Source: Bacteroidales bacterium (GTDB lineage Bacteria; Bacteroidota; Bacteroidia; Bacteroidales; VadinHA17). Taken from it: DNA of 64,000 nt. This document shows, in pieces, positions 37,949-45,445 of this stretch (positions are counted from its first letter, which is position 1; every line of letters starts with the position of its first letter). Made by a program: the position numbers and the translations under genes. Location of the stretch: positions 25,415 through 89,414 of the forward strand of contig JBARBF010000135.1 in NCBI GenBank assembly GCA_049792755.1. Reading direction: 5' to 3'. The notes beneath the pieces are model-generated. The model saw only the letters and a program-made list of their open reading frames with translations, did no database searches and was not told the DNA's origin.

Positions 37949-39055
37949 TTATAACTGTTTTGAATAAATAGCGAAATGTTTGCCGGGACTCATCTCCAGT
38001 AAACCGGCAAGACTTTTTCCAAGGTTTTCATCTGAAATCCAGGTTGTGGATAATGTTGAGTAATTCCTGAATATTTTGACCGCAGATCTTAGTATCAAAG
38101 CAAATACCCGTTTATTCCTGAATGCTTTTTTTATTCCAGCAGTAAAAATTACAAGTTCTTTAATGTTTCTTCTTCTCCATAACAATCCGGGAATGTGCCA
38201 TGACCTGATTCTGCCGTCATGGTATTTAAGTAAGCTGTTAATGTTTAAAACTAACTGTGTCGCACCTACAGGTTTCCCTTTATATTCTGCGATCAATATA
38301 AGCCCTGGTCTGGTACCAATAAAGAGATACTTTGCAGAGAACATATATTCCTTTAATGAAAGCGGAAGGAAAAACTTGTTATCCTCAAATGCATCATTAT
38401 TGATATCTCGCAATATGTCCAGATCTCTTTTAAATCTGAGAATATTAAACTTCCTGATGGTGATATCACTGCTGATAGTATCTTTTTCAGGGACCTTGTA
38501 TTTCTTATCAAGCGTCGCTGAAATGTTGCTATTAATCCTGGTATGAAACAGGTTTGATTCGGAAAAGCCTGCCCCTTTAATCAATCCGGGATAGTAAGAA
38601 GGATTATATGTTTCGAAGAAAACAGGAGGCGAATTATAGTTATCCAATAAGATTCCCAGTTCAGAATAGTGATTTGGATTAAATGGTCCTTCAAGATATT
38701 CGGCACCGGCTGCCCTGCTATCAGCTTCGATTTTTTCAAACAGACATTTCACCGCAAGGCAGTCATCGGGTGAGTCGAAAAAACCAAAAAAGGCTGACTT
38801 CTTATTCCATTTTGTCCAGTGAAGATGGTTTATTACCATTATTGATCTGCAAACAGGCTTTCCATCGGAATAGCAGACGTAAATCTTTAAAGAAGCATAT
38901 AAGAAATATGGATTCTTCAGTGGATCAAGAACTCTCACTATTTCGGAACGCTGGGGAGAAATCCAGTTCGGATCGTTACGATAGATTTCCTTAGGAATTG
39001 AAAGAAAATCATCCAAACCATCTTTTATTGTTATTTCTTTGACTAATAATGACAT
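37949..39055 (-). CDS. GNAT-fold-like acyltransferase family protein (uncharacterised subfamily)
   Basis: N-terminal FLSIPKEIYRNDPNWISP...NPYF, FFGFFDS, EGPFNPNHYSELGILL and YNPSYYPGLIKGAGF match a pattern I recall from proteins annotated as N-acetyltransferase. Overlaps the upstream gene by 13 nt. Confidence 0.5.
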   Translation of the reverse strand: MSLLVKEITIKDGLDDFLSIPKEIYRNDPNWISPQRSEIVRVLDPLKNPYFLYASLKIYVCYSDGKPVCRSIMVINHLHWTKWNKKSAFFGFFDSPDDCLAVKCLFEKIEADSRAAGAEYLEGPFNPNHYSELGILLDNYNSPPVFFETYNPSYYPGLIKGAGFSESNLFHTRINSNISATLDKKYKVPEKDTISSDITIRKFNILRFKRDLDILRDINNDAFEDNKFFLPLSLKEYMFSAKYLFIGTRPGLILIAEYKGKPVGATQLVLNINSLLKYHDGRIRSWHIPGLLWRRRNIKELVIFTAGIKKAFRNKRVFALILRSAVKIFRNYSTLSTTWISDENLGKSLAGLLEMSPGKHFAIYSKQL

Positions 39056-40911
39056 ATATTCTTATTTATTCGTTCTACCACATATGCCTTATAAATAAAG
39101 GAGCGATCTCTCCTGCTTAGCATATCTGACAAACTCATATCGGGAATTATCTGATCTGCAAACATTTCAGGACGATTTCTTGTCACAAGATGGTTTCGAT
39201 ATGTTATAACCGCACCATCCTTTCCACTCCTGAGGGTCTCCAACAGCAGAAGTGTAAACTCCTCAACCGACATCCACTCAAAAATGTTTGTGAAATTGAA
39301 TTTTGAAATTGTATTTGCCGGCAGAGATCTTAAAAACTCCTGACAGCCAGAAGTGACTATTTCAACACGATCGAGGCGGGTACGGATTTTGTTATAATTT
39401 TCTTCTTTCAGGTAAACAGGTAAACTACCATTGAAATAGTTTCCGGAAAGAATATATGCCAGAAAATAATTATCTCTTACCGGTAGTTCTGTCAGAGCTT
39501 TTCTGACTGCCGAACGATAGTATTTTTCAAAAGAGAATGACGGCTCAAGATATTTATAGAAAGCTTTATCGAACAACATGCTTGCAAAGGCACGACTTAA
39601 GAATATCCGGCAAAACAGCTTCCATCTGAAATTATCCCACTTCTTTTTGAACAGAATTCTTTGTTCTTCAACAGATGAGGCATTAAACATCTCATTGATA
39701 ATTTTCTTACCTATAAGAATTCTGAATACCTTTTTCAGCAGATGCATATATCTCTCATATTTTCCACAATGGATGATGCCGAGGTTTATATCAGCCTTTT
39801 TTTTGCTCCAGTACGTCTGCGCTTCTTCAGAAAGAACAGGTTTGATTCTTTCATAGAATTCCCATCGGCATAATGAATGCCGTACTCCGAAGAATTCGAG
39901 AATTTCTTTGTATTCAAGTGTTTTAAAGGCACCAATTTTAAGTGAGAGAAGATAATTCTGATACCGGTTCATATCGAGACATATCACTTTTGCAGGATCA
40001 TCAATGAGGAATGCCAGTGCATTGCACCCACCAGATGTAATTGAAAAAATTGTGTCACCGGGTTTTGTTCTGAAAGCAATTCTGTCTATCTCCGGATCTT
40101 CCCAGCATTGAGCATATAATATGTCCCTGAAAACTTTTGAACGGCTGAAATCCCTGCTTTTAAATGATGATTTTTCCTTCTCCGCGATATCTTTTGAAAT
40201 GCCTATAATTATATGAATTACAGCCCAGTCTATTACAGCCGGAAGTCCGATCAGAATGGCAATAATAAACTTACCGGTGAATGATGCAACTATCAGGCCC
40301 GATATAAAGAGAACATATTGGGCGTTATGGCGGAATCCATCATAGTTTATACGAAAATTCAAAGGAACCTTAAAAAGATTCTTTATTTGTTCTAAACCAG
40401 GTATGAGATCCGGAATTGAATGGACATAATCAGTATAAGTACTTCCAAATTCTGTTGCCAGTTTTTCTTCTTCATATTTAATAAGCTGGCGGTAATGCAG
40501 GAATATAAGAACCGGTATCAATAAACCGACAGGTTTCAAACACAACGACAGAGCTGTAAATGCTATCAGGTCAGCAAAATAAATAGGATTCCTTACAAAA
40601 TTATATGGCCCGGTAAGATTCAGTCTGCTGTTTTGAATCCGGAATGTCATAACGGTTTTTGAAGTCAGAATGCTTCCGGCCCACATCCGGATCAGAGAAG
40701 CAATCAGCACAAATAAAGCTATGATAAAATATCCCAGGCGAATTGATATACCTGCAGGCAATCTGAACCAGCTGCCTGCAATTTCTAATGTAGATTGCGT
40801 ATTTTTAAATGATAAAAAAGACAGGATTGTGAAAATAGAAACTATTGAAAGAGAAATGAAAATTCTTATTTCAAACCATGTTTTTCGAACTTTAACCAAA
40901 AGAGACTTCAT
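39043..40911 (-). CDS. Fusion protein: N-terminal ICMT/PEMT-like membrane methyltransferase plus C-terminal BtaA-like (DUF3419-type) SAM:diacylglycerol 3-amino-3-carboxypropyl transferase domain
   Basis: N-terminal part: RMWAGSIL...TGPYNFVRNPIYFADLIAF...YEEEKLATEFGSTYTDY. Middle: extra TM helices. C-terminal part: YAQCWEDPEIDRIAF...GDTIFSITSGGCNALAFL...VICLDMNRYQNYLLSLK...FFG. Confidence 0.7.
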   Translation of the reverse strand: MKSLLVKVRKTWFEIRIFISLSIVSIFTILSFLSFKNTQSTLEIAGSWFRLPAGISIRLGYFIIALFVLIASLIRMWAGSILTSKTVMTFRIQNSRLNLTGPYNFVRNPIYFADLIAFTALSLCLKPVGLLIPVLIFLHYRQLIKYEEEKLATEFGSTYTDYVHSIPDLIPGLEQIKNLFKVPLNFRINYDGFRHNAQYVLFISGLIVASFTGKFIIAILIGLPAVIDWAVIHIIIGISKDIAEKEKSSFKSRDFSRSKVFRDILYAQCWEDPEIDRIAFRTKPGDTIFSITSGGCNALAFLIDDPAKVICLDMNRYQNYLLSLKIGAFKTLEYKEILEFFGVRHSLCRWEFYERIKPVLSEEAQTYWSKKKADINLGIIHCGKYERYMHLLKKVFRILIGKKIINEMFNASSVEEQRILFKKKWDNFRWKLFCRIFLSRAFASMLFDKAFYKYLEPSFSFEKYYRSAVRKALTELPVRDNYFLAYILSGNYFNGSLPVYLKEENYNKIRTRLDRVEIVTSGCQEFLRSLPANTISKFNFTNIFEWMSVEEFTLLLLETLRSGKDGAVITYRNHLVTRNRPEMFADQIIPDMSLSDMLSRRDRSFIYKAYVVERINKNICHY

Positions 40912-40930
40912 ATCATAAAATGTTTATATT

Positions 40931-41860
40931 TCAAGCTTTAACCATGATTGCTGCGGGTAAAATTTCTATATCAAAGGGAGATTTTCCAAACAGCTCCCCG
41001 TCGCTTTCCAGAGAAATCTCAACGTCTGACATGATCCTCAGTTTTTTACACCTTTTTATCGAACAATGAGGTGACATAACATGCGTTCCCGAGTATACTT
41101 TTGAAAGATTCATGATTCTCTGGCCTGTCTTCATATCATTTATAGATAATACATCAAAAAGACCATCATTAAGTTTTGCATCAGGGGTAAGTTTCATCCC
41201 TCCCGCACATTCGGAACCGTTCCCTACGACAAGACCGATAAGCAATAATTCCTGAAATGGTTCATCATCGAATCCAACCATTAGTGGCAGAGGTTTCATA
41301 AACATCGCCAAAACTGTGGCAGCAAATCCGAAAGCTAACGGACCTCCAAAAATTTTAGCTTTTTTTCCGACAAGCGAAGCGACCTCATTGCCAATACCGA
41401 TCTGGCACTCATTTACAAACAACCGGTTGACTGTATTACCTGAATTATCATGGCAGGAAACACTGCCCAGATCCAATGCCCTGAATCCAGACTGAAGAAG
41501 CTGTTCAATCTGCTGTCCGGTCGAATGAGGGATGTTAAGAGTTCTGGCATAACCACCCCCTGTTCCACAATTTATCACTCCCAGTTCACAAAATGGATTT
41601 AATGGTTTCCCTTCCAGAAAAAATCCATTAACAACTTCATTTATTGTTCCATCACCGCCTACTGCAATTATCATAGAAGCACCATCAGTAATAGCTTTTC
41701 TGGTAATGAACGTTGCTTCATCTTTTTCTCCGGTAAAAACGATAGTTATCTCAAAGTCGCATGAACTCTTGATTTTCTGTAATAAGGACTGTGATATTCT
41801 TTTTGCCTTTCCGTTTCCTGCAGTCGGATTAATCACGATATGAACATATTTACTATCCAT
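40931..41860 (-). CDS. Diacylglycerol-kinase-fold lipid kinase (YegS/DAGK catalytic domain family)
   Basis: Start set at ATG 41860 (MDSKYVHIVINPTAGNGKA). IIAVGGDGTINEVVNG. The track's TTG start at 41890 would overlap the promoter-like block. Confidence 0.8.
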   Translation of the reverse strand: MDSKYVHIVINPTAGNGKAKRISQSLLQKIKSSCDFEITIVFTGEKDEATFITRKAITDGASMIIAVGGDGTINEVVNGFFLEGKPLNPFCELGVINCGTGGGYARTLNIPHSTGQQIEQLLQSGFRALDLGSVSCHDNSGNTVNRLFVNECQIGIGNEVASLVGKKAKIFGGPLAFGFAATVLAMFMKPLPLMVGFDDEPFQELLLIGLVVGNGSECAGGMKLTPDAKLNDGLFDVLSINDMKTGQRIMNLSKVYSGTHVMSPHCSIKRCKKLRIMSDVEISLESDGELFGKSPFDIEILPAAIMVKA

Positions 41861-41881
41861 TTTATTTGTTTTTAGAACAAT

Positions 41882-41903
41882 GAAATTCAATTATCGGGCC
41901 AAT
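41882..41903 (-). promoter_or_regulatory. Candidate sigma54 (-24/-12) promoter of the five-gene operon
   Basis: Minus strand reads aTTGGCCCGATAATTGAatttc. TGGCCCG-N4-TTGA. The -12 element lies about 27 nt upstream of the ATG at 41860. Confidence 0.5.
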
Positions 41904-41965
41904 CTGTATAACAGTAAGATCTACAACTATATATAACAGTATTTGATTTTAATATGAACTAAAAA

Positions 41966-42005
41966 TGTAGCGTTTTGCGACAAATAATTGATTCAGAACG
42001 CTACA
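41966..42005 (-). promoter_or_regulatory. Candidate enhancer (UAS) block: TGTAGCGTT...AACGCTACA inverted repeat
   Basis: tgtagcgttttgcgacaaataattgattcagaacgctaca. Lies 65 nt from the -24 TGG and 59 nt upstream of the divergent regulator ATG at 42064. Confidence 0.5.
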
Positions 42006-42063
42006 ATTATTATCTTTACTAATATTTGGTTGTTGACAGCAAATAATCATTCATATACCTTAC

Positions 42064-43449
42064 ATGAAATCAGACAGATCTGGTAGCATATTGGTCGTTG
42101 ACGATGATAATGATGTTTTATATACAGCGAGGCTTGTATTGAGAGGACTGTTCGACAAAGTTGATACCCTCGATAGTCCGGGCTTAATACCCGATTATCT
42201 GAAATCATGCAAGTACGATGTGATTTTACTTGACATGAATTATACCCGTGGCAGCACATCAGGTAAAGAAGGTTTGGAGTGGCTCGGAAAAATACTCCAG
42301 ATTGATCCTGCTGCTAAAATATTGACCACAACCGCTTATGGTGAAATCAACCTGGCGGTCCAGGCTATGAAAAAAGGTTCTGTCGATTTCATTACGAAAC
42401 CATGGAACAAAGAACAGCTGGTTACATCTGTCAGCAATGTTTTAGCCCAGAACCAGGGAGAGAGAAATGTCAGCAAGATTAAAGGAAGTAAGAACGGACA
42501 AGTAAATCAAGGGAACAATAAGTACCCTGAAGTTATCAGCAGGTCTCCCATAATGGCTAAAATCAAGGAAACCATAAAAACAGTAGCTTCAACAGATGCC
42601 AATGTTTTGATACTTGGAGAAAATGGAACAGGTAAAGAGCTGGCAGCCTGGGCTTTGCACAGTGAATCATTAAGAAGCCGGAATTCCTTTGTTCACGTCG
42701 ATCTGGGTTCAATACCGGATACTCTTTTTGAAGCTGAATTATTCGGCCATACCCGTGGTGCTTTTACAGATGCAAAGGAAGAACGGGCCGGAAGATTTGA
42801 AGCAGCTTCCGGCGGAACATTATTCCTCGATGAGATTGGAAACCTCACAATGCCTTTACAGGCAAAGATTCTTACTGCAATTCAGAACAGGGAGGTAGTC
42901 AGAATAGGAAGCAATCATACTATTCCTGTTAATGTCAGACTTATATCTGCCACGAATATGCCCTTGTACGAAATGGCTGATTCATTCCAATTCAGGCAGG
43001 ACCTTCTTTATCGTATTAACACTGTTGAAATTACACTTCCGCCACTTAGGGAAAGAAAAGAAGATATAAACCTCCTGGCAGATTATTACCTGGAACTTTT
43101 TTCAGGACAATACGGCAGACAAGGGATAAAACTGACGGACGAAACGCTACAGAAACTCAAAGAATACCACTGGCCGGGAAATATCAGAGAACTTGCCCAC
43201 GCAATTGAAAGAGCAGTTATTCTTTGCAAAAGCGAAACTCTTAATCCTGACGATTTTATCCTGAGAACCAGATCTGTGCCGGCTCAATTGTCGGATGAAC
43301 CTTCTGTGCGTGTTGAAGATTATGAAAAAATGGCAATCAGCAATGCAATGACCAAACATAACGGGAATCTTTCGAAAGCGGCGGATGAAATGGGTATTGC
43401 AAGGAGTACTCTCTACCGCAAGATTTCACGATTCGGGATTAATAACTGA
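42064..43449 (+). CDS. Sigma54-dependent (NtrC-family) response regulator / bacterial enhancer-binding protein
   Basis: Receiver ILVVDDDNDVL...DVILLDMNY...KPW. AAA+ Walker A GENGTGKE, sigma54-contact loop GAFTDA (variant of GAFTGA), LFLDEIG, WPGNIREL. C-terminal HTH GNLSKAADEMGIARSTLYRKI. Confidence 0.92.
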   Translation: MKSDRSGSILVVDDDNDVLYTARLVLRGLFDKVDTLDSPGLIPDYLKSCKYDVILLDMNYTRGSTSGKEGLEWLGKILQIDPAAKILTTTAYGEINLAVQAMKKGSVDFITKPWNKEQLVTSVSNVLAQNQGERNVSKIKGSKNGQVNQGNNKYPEVISRSPIMAKIKETIKTVASTDANVLILGENGTGKELAAWALHSESLRSRNSFVHVDLGSIPDTLFEAELFGHTRGAFTDAKEERAGRFEAASGGTLFLDEIGNLTMPLQAKILTAIQNREVVRIGSNHTIPVNVRLISATNMPLYEMADSFQFRQDLLYRINTVEITLPPLRERKEDINLLADYYLELFSGQYGRQGIKLTDETLQKLKEYHWPGNIRELAHAIERAVILCKSETLNPDDFILRTRSVPAQLSDEPSVRVEDYEKMAISNAMTKHNGNLSKAADEMGIARSTLYRKISRFGINN

Positions 43450-43520
43450 ATAGACTTTAAGATGAATAATGAACATTAATTTTGTTGAGACCTGACATAG
43501 AATATTAAAGAAAAGTCAAA

Positions 43521-44957
43521 ATGCAGAATATCTGGAATTACGTCTCAAACTTCGGAACAAAAGGAGAGGAAGAGCAATTAAGCCGGAGAACCATTGTTCT
43601 TACAAATCAGCTGAATTTTGTGGTGCTCATCACTATGTTGTTATTGCTGATATATACTCTCATTGGACAAAGGCTCACTCATAATATACTTTCTTACGGA
43701 ACACTACGGGTGGCGCTGACACTTATCCTAAGCTTCCTCAACCTGGTTGTTGCCAGGTATGGCTACACTAAAATAAGCCGGCTGTCGCTGATTTTCCTTC
43801 CCTCGATAGTTTTCCTGCTAGGTCCAACTCTTATAGGATATGTTCAGGAGGAAGAATTTACTTACTATCCCTATGTTGTTATTGGGATCTCTATAATTCC
43901 GCAGTTGCTTGTGCATCCGCGCAAAGAGAAATTTATTTACTGGTTTTCTCTCTCATTTTATTTTCTGTTGGTAATATTTATAGACAGAATCATGGTTCAT
44001 TTTGGCAAACCCGAGCTGGTCGAGTCTTATATGAACAGCTATCCGATTGTCGAGAGAATAAATACTTTTTATCTCTATTACAAAATTGCCCAAATTGCTC
44101 TATTCCTGTTTATTAATGCAGGTATTTTTTATCTCAGGTTAATTAATTTCCGGTTTGAGGCTGAGTTGAGCGGTAAGAACAGCGAACTTAACGCGCAAAA
44201 TAAAGAGCTGAAAGAACAAAAAGATGAAATAGAACGTCAGAAAGATGAACTGATAAGCAAAGAGATAAATACCTGGCAAAAGCTTGTTAAAATTATATCT
44301 CATGAGATAGTGAATTCAGCCATTCCCATAACCAACCTTGCAGGGATGACTGCTCAAATGCTTGAAGATGAGTCGGGGTTAGTTCAAAAGCCGGAAAAAA
44401 TAGGCGAAGAGGTGACCGATGATATTCATCATAGCTTAAGAATTATTGAATCAAGAACACAGGGATTGATTAATTTTGTAAAGGCTACAAAAAGTCTCAC
44501 AGACATTCCGAAACCAAACCTGAGGAAGATTTCCGTGGCTGATCTGTTCGAGAGGATTTTCATACTGTACAAGGCTAAATTTAAGGAAAAAAGGGTAAAG
44601 TTTGAAAAGGAAGTTATTCCTCCGGACCTTTTTATTGAAGCTGATCTGGAACTTATTGAACAGGTAATCATAAATCTTTTTCAGAATGCTCTGGAAGCAA
44701 TGCAGGAAACATCAGATCCTCACCTTTCAATTATCGGGAAAAATGAATCTGGTCATGTTCAGATATCAATTTCTGATAATGGTATAGGAATTGGTGATGA
44801 GGTACTTGAACGTATATTCCTTCCTTTTTATTCCACAAAAGCTAACAGCTCGGGTATAGGTCTGAGTCTTTCACAACAGATCATGTTGTTGCATCATGCC
44901 CGTATTGAAGTAAGTTCAACTATAAATAAGGGTGCAACTTTTACAATGATATTTTAA
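43521..44957 (+). CDS. Membrane sensor histidine kinase (NtrB/AtoS-like H-box)
   Basis: Six or so N-terminal hydrophobic helices, coiled coil, H-box IISHEIVNSAIPI, N-box NLFQNALEAM, G1 SDNGIGIG, G2 SSGIGLSLSQQI. Confidence 0.9.
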   Translation: MQNIWNYVSNFGTKGEEEQLSRRTIVLTNQLNFVVLITMLLLLIYTLIGQRLTHNILSYGTLRVALTLILSFLNLVVARYGYTKISRLSLIFLPSIVFLLGPTLIGYVQEEEFTYYPYVVIGISIIPQLLVHPRKEKFIYWFSLSFYFLLVIFIDRIMVHFGKPELVESYMNSYPIVERINTFYLYYKIAQIALFLFINAGIFYLRLINFRFEAELSGKNSELNAQNKELKEQKDEIERQKDELISKEINTWQKLVKIISHEIVNSAIPITNLAGMTAQMLEDESGLVQKPEKIGEEVTDDIHHSLRIIESRTQGLINFVKATKSLTDIPKPNLRKISVADLFERIFILYKAKFKEKRVKFEKEVIPPDLFIEADLELIEQVIINLFQNALEAMQETSDPHLSIIGKNESGHVQISISDNGIGIGDEVLERIFLPFYSTKANSSGIGLSLSQQIMLLHHARIEVSSTINKGATFTMIF

Positions 44958-45134
44958 AGTTCATCAGGTTTATTTGTATCCCAATATCTCTTCCTGAAAG
45001 ACGGAGCTATTGAAAAAATCTTTTTTAACCGTAGAGGGCATAACACTCAACTTAAGGATTTATTAATTTTAAGGATGCTGAAAATCAATTAAAAATGTTT
45101 ATACGATCCACTTACATGGTACTTTATCGTAGTC

Positions 45135-45388
45135 GGCCTCTCCCCAAACCCCTCCCCCAAGGTGGGAGAGGCCTTAATTCAGGATAAATGTGTATATTTT
45201 AGATGAAAGCATGGGAATAATAAAGAAGGTATCGGAATCAAAGTTCTCCGGTTTATAAATAGCCAGATTTTGCATGATAGCGATATAACAGTTGAAAAGT
45301 TAAATGGTACTATTAAAGAATTAACTACAACATCCTGAATGATCTTCCCCCGCTCACTTCGGGAGAGGGGGAATGAGGGGGAGAGGCC
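45135..45388. repeat. 254-bp palindromic (MITE-like) element with GC-rich terminal hairpins
   Basis: Ends ggcctctcccc (45135-) and ggggagaggcc (-45388) are inverted. Inner inverted pair attcaggat (45177-45185) with atcctgaat (45332-45340). The left end itself forms a perfect 10-bp hairpin (45135-45144 with 45164-45173). Confidence 0.55.
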
Positions 45389-45445
45389 GTTAAATCAAAC
45401 TAAACAAAATCCTTAGGTTAACGGCTATTCCCCAAAAGAGTGAGT

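Noticed and set aside
41861-41890. TTG-initiated extension of the lipid-kinase ORF; likewise 35326-35373 for the OMP and 56869-56892 for dprA
   Set aside because: The internal ATG codons give canonical N-termini (MDSKYVHIVINP; the MKKVTML signal peptide; MSEVPLKY). The extensions run into conserved non-coding blocks.
41966-41982. TGTAGCGTTTTGC as the sigma54 -24/-12 element itself
   Set aside because: The spacing between the G-rich half and TTGC is too short (13 nt in total versus the 15-16 nt GG-N10-GC geometry). The block fits better as an upstream activator site, with the TGGCCCG-N4-TTG(A/G) block 65 nt downstream as the promoter.
42047-42259. 70-aa minus-strand ORF overlapping the start of the NtrC-type regulator
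   Set aside because: It is antisense to a strongly supported gene and would sit upstream of the promoter-like block. The Cys/His-rich composition looks random.
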